NCBI GenBank assembly: GCA_031271295.1
Contig: JAISVZ010000032.1
Coordinates: 1,869-65,868, forward strand
Source: Clostridiales bacterium
GTDB lineage: Bacteria; Bacillota; Clostridia; Lachnospirales; WQUN01
Length of the DNA: 64,000 nucleotides
Direction: 5' to 3'
Below, one piece after another: positions 18,247 to 28,091 of this stretch (its first letter is position 1; every line of letters starts with the position of its first letter). A model generated the notes under the pieces. The model searched no databases, was not told where the DNA came from, and was given only the letters and a program-made list of their open reading frames with translations. The translations under genes and the position numbers were made by a program.

Positions 18247-19572
18247 TTATAATAGATCCCCGGGCAGAATAAAATCCGTATAAATTCCGTGTATTCCGTT
18301 TTCCAAATATCCTTTTACCTCGTCGATATCGTTTAGCGTAAAAAAGTAAATAAACTTGCCGTTTTCGGTAAGTGCTTTATAAAACTCTTCGCTATATCTT
18401 ACCGGGCCCATTGTTATTGCGGCAATATCCTCCCTGTTCTTAACAAAATCCACAACCTCGGCATCGGTATCCGGCGACATGTAAAGCGTATACACAATAC
18501 TTTCGAACGGATATATTTCCTTAATTAAACTATACATTTGCTGATTATAAATTTGCGGAACTATTCGTTTCATCAGGGTTTTATCTAAATTTTCGGCTTT
18601 ATCGCGAAGTGTTTCAAACATTTGCCGCGTGTACTCGTCGCTGTCCTCGAAGGATTTCGTATCCGTAATAATATATATTTCCTTGTTAAGCTGCATTATC
18701 CGCAAAATATCGTCGAAATCCATTGTTGTAAAAACGTCCGCGTATTTAATTTTTTTAAAATCCTCATGCGCGCGCACACCGCCGTACCCATCCCAGCCGT
18801 GTATCGCCGCAATTTCGCCGTCCGACGTAAGACGGAAATCTATTTCAAAAACCTCATGCCCGTTGTTATAATTCGTAACCAACGCCTCCTGTGAGTTACC
18901 GCCGTTAATCCCGATAATTCCGCCGCAGGCGTGCGCCACCAGGGATTTTGAAAGGTTTAACCAGCTATGAGTTTCGTAAGTAAATTCCTCAAAAGAGATT
19001 TCCGCTGCGGCTTCATTTGTTTTCTCCGCTCCGGTTGTTTTTCCGGCATCATCCGTTATCTTGGCGCCGCCATAAGTAATTATTATACGCTTACCCAATA
19101 TTTTTTCCAAAATCCGCTCTGAAACGAACAGCTTCGCGTCTTTTTCAACCGAAGAATCCGACAAATAGTAAGTGAAAATATCCTTGGCAATACTTTTTGA
19201 TTCGCCGTTAAACACCAAGGTACAATCCGCTTTTTTGTAAAGAACATCCGCACCTAAAACGGATTTTGAAAACCCGGCGCGTTCCAAAATAAAAGCTAAA
19301 TCTATAAAAGTTTCGCCATTTTCCTGCAAAAGCGCATTTTGCACCGCATCAGCTTTTGCCTCACTTAGTATTTCGGATATTTCTGATATGTTTTCTGTTT
19401 GAGAAGCATCTAAGCGCAAACTGTTTTCCTGAATTTCACCGCTTTGAGCGCTTGCGGTTTGCCGGCCTTGCGCTTCGCCGCTGCTATTATTAATATTCCC
19501 GCAGCATGTGAATAATAACAAAGCTAAAAGTAAAAAACATTTTGCGATTTCGAGTGTAATTCTATATACCAT
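18247..19572 (-). CDS. lipoprotein with glycerophosphodiester-phosphodiesterase-like (GDPD/PI-PLC-like) domain
   Basis: Signal peptide with lipobox LFTCC. VAHACGG..NSQEAL...GHEVFEIDFRLTSDGEIAAIHGWD parallels the GDPD pattern (HRG...N...E.D...T.DG....H.D), with HAC in place of HRG. Confidence 0.55.
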   Translation of the reverse strand: MVYRITLEIAKCFLLLALLLFTCCGNINNSSGEAQGRQTASAQSGEIQENSLRLDASQTENISEISEILSEAKADAVQNALLQENGETFIDLAFILERAGFSKSVLGADVLYKKADCTLVFNGESKSIAKDIFTYYLSDSSVEKDAKLFVSERILEKILGKRIIITYGGAKITDDAGKTTGAEKTNEAAAEISFEEFTYETHSWLNLSKSLVAHACGGIIGINGGNSQEALVTNYNNGHEVFEIDFRLTSDGEIAAIHGWDGYGGVRAHEDFKKIKYADVFTTMDFDDILRIMQLNKEIYIITDTKSFEDSDEYTRQMFETLRDKAENLDKTLMKRIVPQIYNQQMYSLIKEIYPFESIVYTLYMSPDTDAEVVDFVKNREDIAAITMGPVRYSEEFYKALTENGKFIYFFTLNDIDEVKGYLENGIHGIYTDFILPGDLL

Positions 19573-19616
19573 TTACTATTCCTCGCTTGTAATTTAAATT
19601 TTGAGAGGCAGGAACC

Positions 19617-20912
19617 CTACACATCGCGGGTAATATAAGAGGCAAAAACTTCAAAATAGTTTTCGAAAGTTTTTCCGCAGCACTGCGGGTTCGCAATCCG
19701 TATTCCCGGCGTTCTAAGCCCCGTAAGCGCAAAAGCCATTGCCATACGGTGGTCGTCGTACGTTTCAACCAATGCCGGTTTTACATCAGACGGATAAATT
19801 TTTATTCCGTCCTGTATCTCCTCGCATTTTACGCCCATTTTCGCAAGCTCGGTTAAAATTGCGTTTACGCGGTTCGATTCCTGATGTTTAATATGCGCTA
19901 TATTTCGAATTGTTGTGGGGGTTTTCGCAAACGGCGCAATGGCGGCAAGTGTCATAGTTTGGTCTGAACAGTTGTTCATATCAACGTCTATTCCGTTAAA
20001 GGAATCGCTTCCTTCAAGCAAAACGCCTTCCGGAGTTTCGGTAATTTTGCCGCCCATGTCTTTTAATATTTCCAAAAATTTAATATCGCCTTGCATCGAA
20101 TTAAAACGAACGCCGTTAACCTGAGCCTTGCCTCCTGTTAAAAGCGCCGCCGCGTAAAAATAACACGCCGCCGATATATCCGGCTCTATTTCGTAATTAG
20201 CTGCCTTGTATTTTTGCCCCGCTTTAACCAAATAAACGCCGTTTTCCCTTTTGGCGCAAACGCCGAAGCTTTCCATCATTTTAATAGTTATATCAATATA
20301 GGATTTTGATGTTTCCGCGCCCAAAGGGGTTATGCGCAGGTTATTTTCATGCAAAACTCCGGTCATTAAAATCGCGCTTAAAAACTGGCTGCTTTGGCGC
20401 GCCTCCAACGATACTTCACCGCCCGCAAGCTTTGCGCCGTAAAGCTTTACCGGTAAAAAACCTTCCGTTTCCAAATACGTAACCTTTGCGCCCAAATTTA
20501 CCAAGGTATCAAAAAGCGGCCTCATCGGTCTTTTTTTCATTTGCTCGGAAGCTTCAATTATATACTCCCCTTCCAGCGCCGCAAGCATTGCCGTTATAAA
20601 ACGCGCGGCGGTACCTGCGCTTCTTACGTTTACAAGCGCTTGCGCCTTCATAGCCAAGCCTGTTATTTCAACCGTTTTTGCAGCTTCGTTTATTGCAATA
20701 TCCGCGCCCAAATCCTTTAAGCACTGCATAAAACCGCGTGAATCGTCGCTGAAGAGCACATTTTTCAAAACACTTTTCCCATGCGCAAGCTGCGCCAAAA
20801 GAAGCGCCCGGTTGGTAATGCTTTTGGAACCGGGCACAGTAACGTTATAATTTACCGGCATCTTAGCCGGAATAACCTCATAAAAACCGCTCAATTTATT
20901 CCACCGCCTCAT
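19617..20912 (-). CDS. aroA: 3-phosphoshikimate 1-carboxyvinyltransferase (EPSP synthase)
   Basis: 431 aa. VPGSKSITNRALLLA, RPM.PL and DHRMAMAF motifs. The start overlaps the end of the upstream SBP gene by 17 nt. Confidence 0.92.
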   Translation of the reverse strand: MRRWNKLSGFYEVIPAKMPVNYNVTVPGSKSITNRALLLAQLAHGKSVLKNVLFSDDSRGFMQCLKDLGADIAINEAAKTVEITGLAMKAQALVNVRSAGTAARFITAMLAALEGEYIIEASEQMKKRPMRPLFDTLVNLGAKVTYLETEGFLPVKLYGAKLAGGEVSLEARQSSQFLSAILMTGVLHENNLRITPLGAETSKSYIDITIKMMESFGVCAKRENGVYLVKAGQKYKAANYEIEPDISAACYFYAAALLTGGKAQVNGVRFNSMQGDIKFLEILKDMGGKITETPEGVLLEGSDSFNGIDVDMNNCSDQTMTLAAIAPFAKTPTTIRNIAHIKHQESNRVNAILTELAKMGVKCEEIQDGIKIYPSDVKPALVETYDDHRMAMAFALTGLRTPGIRIANPQCCGKTFENYFEVFASYITRDV

Positions 20913-22314
20913 TTAATTCTTTTGTAAATTCCTCTAACCATTCGTTAAACTTTTCTTCCGAGCTGAATAACGCTACCGCGTCCTTTTCCGCCAAACCGCC
21001 CTCAATTAAACTTATAACCTCCGCTCTGTCGCTATCCGCTTTGCCGCGCAGGTTATTTTCCAGCACAACCCTTGCCTCCGCGCTTCCCGGAAAAGCTTTT
21101 ACGGTGTAAAACTCGCTGTCCGCGGCTTCGTCAAATACAACTTTTAACGCTTCGTTAGCGATAGGGTTTATAGAAATTCCGTTTTGCTCAAGGTTTTCGG
21201 AAAAGGCGGCGTAAGAGGCAACCTCCTTTTTTACCGGCATATACCCGGAAAGCGCCGAAAAACCTATGTTGTTTTTAACGTCGGTAAACCATTTTAAAAA
21301 TACCACACTTGCGTATTCCCTTTGCTCATCGCTTTTTGTAACCGCCATTCCCGCGCCTTGCTGCACTATAACCTTGCTGCCGCCCGAAAGGAGCGGCGCG
21401 GGAAGCGCTTTAAAATTTATAGGGTACGAACTGCCCGAAACCGCAACTTCGGCCGGAAAATACGCGGCGGATGATGTTGCCCCAACATAGGCTAAAATAT
21501 CGCCCGCTCTTGTATCGTCGGAACGAAACTTCCCGTAGGAGTAGAACCAGCCGCTTATGTACGGCACATAATAAAAATCCCAAATTTTTTTCATAATATC
21601 GCGGTTTATTTCAATTTTGGCCTTACCGTTTTCCTGACCCAAAATTTCAACGCCGAACTGTTTTGATGCAATTATAAACATGTTTGCTATAACGTCCCGC
21701 CCAAAAAAAGCCTTTCCTCCGGACCAATTATAATACAATTCGGAAACGCGGCTAAGCCCTTCGGCCGTTTCCAAATCCCCGTAGGTAAGGTTATTGGCAT
21801 CGGCAAAAGGCAGCCAATCGGTTTCATTAATTAAAAGAATCTCCGGAGTTTTTGCAACCGGAATAATTCTAAGCTCGCCGTTTTTCCCTATCCTGCCCTC
21901 GGAAATAAAGGAATCGTGGTACTGGGCCTGCTCTTCGTCCGAAAAATACTCGTCCAAATTTGCCAACAAGTTTAATTCCTCCACCTTTAGCGCCGTATCC
22001 GCGTATGTTGCAAAAATATCCGGCATTTGAGCGCTTCCGGCTTCCTTTTTCGCGGAAGATATAACCGCGTTTTCAAGTTCGCTTAAACTTCCAAAACTAA
22101 GCGATTCAACAATTATTCCTTCATTTACGCCAACTTCTTCGTTAAATTCCTTAACCAGCGCGTCGAAGGCTTTCATTAAAGCGCCGTTATAGTAGTGCCA
22201 AACGTATACGGTTACAGGTTTTGAAGAATCAAGCCCGTATTTGTTTGAACAGCTTGCAAGCATTAAACTGAGAAAAACCGCCGCAAAAATTACCGCACTA
22301 AATATTCTCTTCAT
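20896..22314 (-). CDS. ABC transporter extracellular solute-binding lipoprotein (sugar-type family 1)
   Basis: The start is revised to the ATG at 22314 (GGGGAG RBS). Lipobox LMLASC. Has family-1 SBP length and the WHYYNG..A motif region. Lies directly downstream of the hybrid kinase gene. Confidence 0.7.
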   Translation of the reverse strand: MKRIFSAVIFAAVFLSLMLASCSNKYGLDSSKPVTVYVWHYYNGALMKAFDALVKEFNEEVGVNEGIIVESLSFGSLSELENAVISSAKKEAGSAQMPDIFATYADTALKVEELNLLANLDEYFSDEEQAQYHDSFISEGRIGKNGELRIIPVAKTPEILLINETDWLPFADANNLTYGDLETAEGLSRVSELYYNWSGGKAFFGRDVIANMFIIASKQFGVEILGQENGKAKIEINRDIMKKIWDFYYVPYISGWFYSYGKFRSDDTRAGDILAYVGATSSAAYFPAEVAVSGSSYPINFKALPAPLLSGGSKVIVQQGAGMAVTKSDEQREYASVVFLKWFTDVKNNIGFSALSGYMPVKKEVASYAAFSENLEQNGISINPIANEALKVVFDEAADSEFYTVKAFPGSAEARVVLENNLRGKADSDRAEVISLIEGGLAEKDAVALFSSEEKFNEWLEEFTKELNEAVE

Positions 22315-22360
22315 TAAAAATCTCCCCAAAGATTGTATTTTGCCCGCAAAAAAACTTAAA

Positions 22361-25300
22361 CTACGGGCATAGTAGCTGCAACAGCATCCTGTACAGGGTT
22401 TCGCTGTCCACCGGTTTGGAAATATGCCCGTTCATACCGGATTCCACGGATTTTTTCATATCCTCATCGAACGCGTCCGCGGTCATTGCAACAATAGGTA
22501 CGGTTTTCGCGTCCGGCCGCGCGGTGTTTTTGCGTATTTCGCGCGTGGCTGTAAGCCCGTCCATAACCGGCATTTGTATATCCATTAAAATTGCGTCGTA
22601 GTAATTTAGCGGCGAAGCAAAGAACTTATCCGCCGCTTCCCTGCCGTTACTCGCGGTTTCCACATCAAACCCTTCGCATGTAAGCAGAAAATTGGCTATT
22701 TCAATGTTAAGCTCGTTATCGTCCACAAGCAAAACTTTCTTTCCTTCAAAAAACTTCCGGTAATCCGTTGTTTCCCCGCCCGCTTCGTCCGTATCTTTTT
22801 CCGCTTCGTCGGAATATTTTAGTTTTAGCGTAAAGAAAAATTCCGACCCTTGGCCAAGTTCCGAGTTAAGCTCAATACGCGAGCCCATCGCGGTTATAAT
22901 GTTATTTGAAATTGCAAGCCCAAGCCCCGTGCCCTGCCTTTGAATATTCGCGTTATCCACGTTTGTTACCTGCTCGAACGATTTAAATACATTCGGCTGA
23001 TCCTCCCGGCTTATACCAATGCCGGTATCTTTTACGGAAAACCTTACCAAAGAGTACCCTTCCTCCGGCGACGGCTTTTCTTCTATAGTAAGCTTTATGC
23101 TTTTACCAGCGTCGGTAAACTTTGAGGCGTTGCCCAAAAAGTTTACAAGTACCTGCTTTAGGCGGTATTCGTCGCCTATTATCATGTTGCGGTTTTTGCT
23201 TAACTCAATTATGAAGGTAATTCCTTTGCCTTCTATTTGCGGACGCATTAAAATATCAAGGTCGCGCACAAGCCCGGTTAAGCTAAAGGGAATATCCTTA
23301 ATAATAAGCTTGCCGCTTTCTATCCGCGACATTTCCAAAACGTCGTTTATAAGCGCCAGCAGATGATGCGCGGAAAAATCTATTTTCTCCAAACAGTCGC
23401 TAAGGCGTTCGGGATTTTGAACAAATTCCTTTGCCATAACCGTCATGCCGATAATTGCGTTCATGGGCGTGCGGATTTCGTGAGACATACGGGATAAAAA
23501 TTCGCTTTTTGCTTTACTTGCCGAGTTGGATTTTTGTATTGATAGGTGCGCCGAAACAATTTTGGTAATTTCGTTTAAGCTACTCATTTCGTCGCCCGAC
23601 CATACCCTGAAGGTATCCTGCGCCTTAAATAAAACTCTGCCGGTATGCACGCCGCCCTCGTACATGGCGCAGCAAATGGCGGAATAATTCTCCTCCTCCG
23701 TTACGCAAAGAAGGGTTTTTACGCCTCGCGAAAAGTATTCGGTAAAGTAGGCGTTAAATATGAACGCGCTGTTTTCGTCGAGCATTTGCTCCAACGCGTC
23801 CAAATCTTCCTGCGAAACCTTTTCAATTTTTTCGTGGTGCGGCTTAACCCCTTTGGCGTTCCACTGGTGCGAAACTTGGTTTACGCCGAAATCCGCGTCG
23901 TAGGAGCAAATAATTATTTGAGTTAACGAGAACATATCCCCCAACATCGCAAGCAAAATGTTTGTTACGCTTTCGATATCCGTTGTGTGCTCGAATAAGT
24001 CGAAGGCAAGGCCAACAATCCCTTCCTGCGAAGCGTCCACCGATATGCTTATTGGGCTTATCCAAGCCGGAATGCCGTCGGTATGGGCAATGGGCACGGT
24101 TTCGGCAAAGACCTTCTTTTTATCGCCCCTGCCCGTGTGCTGGGCAGCTTTATACGCCTCGTTAAACATACTCTCGTAACTGCTTTTTGCCTTTGGAACA
24201 GCGTAACCCGCAGACAGCGACGGCTTTAAATCCTTATTTTCGCCCATATACATTTCCGAAAGTGAATTTCGCATTTTTTTAACGCGCGCCTCAACAGATT
24301 CCCTGCCCTCACCTTGGAAGAAAAACATAAACTCATAATTATTAAGCCTTACCGAAATATTTTCCCCAACTACCGCAAGAGCTTCCTTAGCGAAACGCAT
24401 AAGAGCCACGGCGCTGAAAAACCTGCCGTAATGCGCTTCCAAATTGTCGTACCCGTTAAGGCGCACAACACAAAGCACAAACCGCCCGCCGTATTCAATA
24501 GCTGAAACAACCTTCGATTCAACAAGTGTAGTGCCGTAATCCCTGTTGTAAAAGCCGGTTGTAATATCGTGCATGGCAGCTTCTATAAGTTTGTTGTCCT
24601 TAATTTTTTTGCTGGTTATCTGCCTTGCAATTCCTATAAGTTTTTTAAGGCCGTTTTCATCGTAAATACACGACGCTTTAAGTTCAAACCAAAAATACCC
24701 CTCGTCGTCTAAGGTGTTAAAAATGTGAGGAAAATACGAAACCGCGCCGCGCACCTCTATAGGGCCGGAGTTATCCGCCCGAATGAAGCTTAAAACCTCC
24801 TCAACGTCGTCCTTATGAAACAGCAGCCGCGCGTTCTTTTCGTCTGAAAAGCACGCAATTTCTTTCGTTATTATTTCAGACTGCCTGCTTCCCGCGTTAA
24901 AATAATAAATTGTAAACGTATCTCTGCCTGTGTCATATTCGATAAATGTTTCCGCCGCGCTCTCTAAAGCAATAAGGTAGCGCTCCTTATCCTCTTTAAG
25001 ACGTTCCTCAATGTTTCGGCGCTTTTCCCTCATCGCGTTTATTGTATCGCATAGCAAAATAATTTCGTATGTGCCACCGCCCGATATTACTATATTTTCA
25101 TCCGCCTTGGCAACCTTTATCTGCCCTACAATATCGTTCAGCGGTTTTACAACATACCTTACGGACATTGCAATTACAATTGTCCCCACAAAAACGGCCA
25201 AAAGCGTGGTGATAATAATATCCCTTATAGCCCTCTTGGACTGGGCAAAAAGCGCGGAATCCGTACCAACGGAAGCAAGCGCCCACCTTTCGCTTGCAAA

Positions 25301-26374
25301 AGGCGCGTTGTCTTTATACAGCCTTAGCCGCGCAAGCGATACGTGCGCCGCCTCCGCGCCGCCTTGCACCTTGTAAATATCGTCCTCGTCCTTGGTTAGC
25401 CTCACTTTGCCGCCGTCTCCCAAAATGCGCTTAATATAATTTCCCGCAACGGCAAAAGTTTCCCCCTCTATAAATTCCGGACTTGCTTCCTGAGAGTTGT
25501 ACTTTACAAGCATATACCCGCTTTCACTTTCCGCCCCAAAATCCGACGCGGGGAAGTACCTCTCAAGCTCATCTACCTGCATTTCGGTTCCCACAAGCGC
25601 AATAACCCTGCCGTTATAAATTACAGGCCTTGTGTATGTAATGAATTTACTGTCGCTAACGTCGGCGGAAGGGTCGAGCAAATGCGACGTGTTCCAATAA
25701 GAAAGATAATTTGAGCCTAACCCCACATTTTCGGCGGCGGCAATAAGCGGCATATGGTGGCAAAGGCCCATGCCGGTTTTCTCCTGCGTAATAACAAACT
25801 GCTCGCTCCATGTGCTGTCGAGCTGGATTCCGTCTTTTCTGGCTATGTTTACGTAACCGCGTAAAAACATAATATCGGAATTATCCGCAGGCACGGTGCG
25901 CGGATATAAATCCCGGTAATATAAACCGTTGAGTTTTTCCGCTTCTACAATACCCTCGTGACTTTCGAGAATATTTTCCGCGTTCGGCGTAAAGTACATA
26001 AAAATACCCGTTGCGGACGTAAGCCTTAATGAGTTAATCATTTGAAGCGAAAGGTTGCTAAGAAGGTTTACCTCGTGCTGATAATCCCCCAAAATTTCGT
26101 CCTCGGTAAGGGAATTGCTTCTGCTGTAAACTTCAAACGCGTTAATAATTTCGTTTTCAATCCTATCTAAATTGGAAAGGTTTCCGAGCATTAAATTTTC
26201 AAGCGAAATTGAACGGATTTCGGAGTTTTTTTGCAGAGAACCCAGCGAAGCCTCCCTGAGCGAGCTAATTGTGCCGTTGATAAATAATACCGCAATTATA
26301 ACTCCGGCAAGAAAACCCATAACAGCAATTATTTGCGACAAAATCCTAACGAATATCGAATTTTTTTTTATCAT
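22361..26374 (-). CDS. hybrid sensor histidine kinase/response regulator with extracytoplasmic Cache-like domain, PAS, degenerate GGDEF-like and GAF-like modules
   Basis: H-box SHEIRTPMNAIIGM. HATPase G-box GTGLGLAISN. C-terminal receiver VLLVDDNELN...DIQMPVMDG...SKP. A central GGDEF-like region (TGFYNRDYG...) has NNYEF in place of GGDEF. Two TM segments flank a ~370-aa outside domain. Confidence 0.85.
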   Translation of the reverse strand: MIKKNSIFVRILSQIIAVMGFLAGVIIAVLFINGTISSLREASLGSLQKNSEIRSISLENLMLGNLSNLDRIENEIINAFEVYSRSNSLTEDEILGDYQHEVNLLSNLSLQMINSLRLTSATGIFMYFTPNAENILESHEGIVEAEKLNGLYYRDLYPRTVPADNSDIMFLRGYVNIARKDGIQLDSTWSEQFVITQEKTGMGLCHHMPLIAAAENVGLGSNYLSYWNTSHLLDPSADVSDSKFITYTRPVIYNGRVIALVGTEMQVDELERYFPASDFGAESESGYMLVKYNSQEASPEFIEGETFAVAGNYIKRILGDGGKVRLTKDEDDIYKVQGGAEAAHVSLARLRLYKDNAPFASERWALASVGTDSALFAQSKRAIRDIIITTLLAVFVGTIVIAMSVRYVVKPLNDIVGQIKVAKADENIVISGGGTYEIILLCDTINAMREKRRNIEERLKEDKERYLIALESAAETFIEYDTGRDTFTIYYFNAGSRQSEIITKEIACFSDEKNARLLFHKDDVEEVLSFIRADNSGPIEVRGAVSYFPHIFNTLDDEGYFWFELKASCIYDENGLKKLIGIARQITSKKIKDNKLIEAAMHDITTGFYNRDYGTTLVESKVVSAIEYGGRFVLCVVRLNGYDNLEAHYGRFFSAVALMRFAKEALAVVGENISVRLNNYEFMFFFQGEGRESVEARVKKMRNSLSEMYMGENKDLKPSLSAGYAVPKAKSSYESMFNEAYKAAQHTGRGDKKKVFAETVPIAHTDGIPAWISPISISVDASQEGIVGLAFDLFEHTTDIESVTNILLAMLGDMFSLTQIIICSYDADFGVNQVSHQWNAKGVKPHHEKIEKVSQEDLDALEQMLDENSAFIFNAYFTEYFSRGVKTLLCVTEEENYSAICCAMYEGGVHTGRVLFKAQDTFRVWSGDEMSSLNEITKIVSAHLSIQKSNSASKAKSEFLSRMSHEIRTPMNAIIGMTVMAKEFVQNPERLSDCLEKIDFSAHHLLALINDVLEMSRIESGKLIIKDIPFSLTGLVRDLDILMRPQIEGKGITFIIELSKNRNMIIGDEYRLKQVLVNFLGNASKFTDAGKSIKLTIEEKPSPEEGYSLVRFSVKDTGIGISREDQPNVFKSFEQVTNVDNANIQRQGTGLGLAISNNIITAMGSRIELNSELGQGSEFFFTLKLKYSDEAEKDTDEAGGETTDYRKFFEGKKVLLVDDNELNIEIANFLLTCEGFDVETASNGREAADKFFASPLNYYDAILMDIQMPVMDGLTATREIRKNTARPDAKTVPIVAMTADAFDEDMKKSVESGMNGHISKPVDSETLYRMLLQLLCP

Positions 26375-26665
26375 ACTAACACCAAAAACCTTTTCACTGA
26401 TTATTTGCAAGTTCAGTATACCAAAATTTATCACTATATACAACGCGCGAATAAAATAAATACTAAAGTTTTCACAAATTGACGAATTTCGAAAAAATTT
26501 AGTTTGAAAAGTGATGAAATATTTAAAAAGATTGTTTACAATTATGTTGCGCTGCGGTATACTATTTTTACAAGGAAGTTAGTTTTTAAGGAAATAATTT
26601 TGGTCAGTTTGCGCAGAGCTTTGCATTTATTTCGCAATGTTGCCATATTAACGGAGGTGTTTTCA

Positions 26666-27940
26666 ATGTCATCGCTAAGAGTGAATTCCGTCAGCGACAC
26701 CGCAAGTGTTGTTCCCACATATGAAACTAAAAATTACCTCATAGATAAAAAGGAAACCGGCGTATTCGAAACCCAAAAAACGAACGGTACCCAGCGGCTT
26801 TACCGGTTGCAAGCCCCCCAGCCTGATTATAACAAGCAAAGCGCGGTTAATTATAAGGATGCTAACAGCGAACCAAGGTTTAACGCCGTAAAGCAAATAT
26901 CAGGCGAGCTTAAAAAAACCGCGGACGCAATTACCGAAAAGTTTCCGCCCATTTACGAACAGCTTGTTGCTTCATTGGATAACGAAGAATCCGTACAGGT
27001 AACAGGGGTTAACAGCGCTTCCGCACAGAAGGATACGGCGGAGGTTGAGGTTAGCCGTTTGGCTCGAAGCCAAGAAAACGAGGGAAAACCACTTAAAAGC
27101 AATAACAGTGATTTTGAACGAGGGAATAACCGTTTTGAAATTGAAAACAAAAACGGCTCCTCTAAGTTCAATATTAACGTAGCCGAAAACGACGATAATA
27201 AAACCGTTCAGAATAAAGCCGCAAACGCTATAAACCGCAGGGATATCGGCGTTAAGGCATCTGTTACGGAGGGAAACGGCAATATGTCGGCTCTTGTGCT
27301 AAAATCTAAGGAAACGGGCGCTGAAAACGGCTTTGCCGTATACGATACCGACGAAAACGGAATTACCGAAAAACTCGGCGTAACGGAAGCTTCCCAAGAA
27401 GCGCAGGACGCGAAGTTTACCGTAAACGGCGAAGAAAAAACATCCGCATCCAACAGCGTTTACATTGGAAACGGCATAAGCGCGGTTTTGAAAGGCGTTT
27501 CCGAAAAGCCAACGCAAATTAACCTTTCTAAGGATACGGAGGGCATAAAATCCAAAGTTTCGGAATTTGTTACAAGCTTCAACGACCTTATGAAAACCGC
27601 GCGCGAAAACCTTGAATCGGATAAACTTACAAATAAACTTAAATCCGCGTTTAACTCCAACTCTCAAAACCTTGAGGAAAGCGGCTTTACTTTAGAGGAT
27701 TACCGCCTTAAAACAGACGAATCCAAGCTTACGCAATCTATTTCCGAAGGAGACAGCCTTGAAAAAGCTCTCGGTTCACCCAACGAAAGGAACGGCGGTT
27801 TTGCAAGGGACGTTAGCTTGTTGGCGCGTAACACTCAGGCAAACCCCGCCGGGTTCGCGGACGGTTCAAGCATTTTGGAGGAAAATTTGGCGGCGGGAGC
27901 TTCTTTGATGCACATGGGGCTTTATAATTCTATCGCATAA
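26666..27940 (+). CDS. FliD-like (flagellar filament cap / hook-associated protein 2-like) protein
   Basis: The start is revised to the ATG at 26666 (GGAGG 7 nt upstream). It follows the FliD pattern in order: VEVSRLARSQ; ANAINRRDIGVKASV...LVLKSKETGAENGF; AQDAKFTVNGEEKTSASNSVYIGNGISAVLKGV; then INLSKDTEGIKSKVSEFVTSFNDLM. The N-terminus is atypical. Confidence 0.55.
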   Translation: MSSLRVNSVSDTASVVPTYETKNYLIDKKETGVFETQKTNGTQRLYRLQAPQPDYNKQSAVNYKDANSEPRFNAVKQISGELKKTADAITEKFPPIYEQLVASLDNEESVQVTGVNSASAQKDTAEVEVSRLARSQENEGKPLKSNNSDFERGNNRFEIENKNGSSKFNINVAENDDNKTVQNKAANAINRRDIGVKASVTEGNGNMSALVLKSKETGAENGFAVYDTDENGITEKLGVTEASQEAQDAKFTVNGEEKTSASNSVYIGNGISAVLKGVSEKPTQINLSKDTEGIKSKVSEFVTSFNDLMKTARENLESDKLTNKLKSAFNSNSQNLEESGFTLEDYRLKTDESKLTQSISEGDSLEKALGSPNERNGGFARDVSLLARNTQANPAGFADGSSILEENLAAGASLMHMGLYNSIA

Positions 27941-27961
27941 TAAGAATTTTTCTTATTTTTT

Positions 27962-27992
27962 AAATACCCCTATCGTTAGGGGTATTTTTTTT
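27962..27992 (+). terminator. rho-independent terminator
   Basis: AAATACCCCT-atcgtt-AGGGGTATTTTTTTT, about 20 nt after the stop codon. Confidence 0.8.
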
Positions 27993-28091
27993 GCTTAAAT
28001 AAGACGTGAAAGTTATTTTGCTTGCATAATTTTAAACATTAGGGCAGAATACTCAAGAATACCTTGCCATATTGGCGGAACGGAGAAAAAA

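Noticed and set aside
26504-26665. N-terminal 54-codon extension of the FliD-like ORF
   Set aside because: There is no RBS at 26504. The extension runs through a good promoter-like TTTACA-17-TATACT (26550s-26580s), and a strong GGAGG precedes the ATG at 26666.
27993-28091. Cobalamin or other riboswitch upstream of the BtuF/FhuD-like ABC operon
   Set aside because: The leader is under 100 nt and shows none of the conserved B12-box-like sequence or multi-stem structure.
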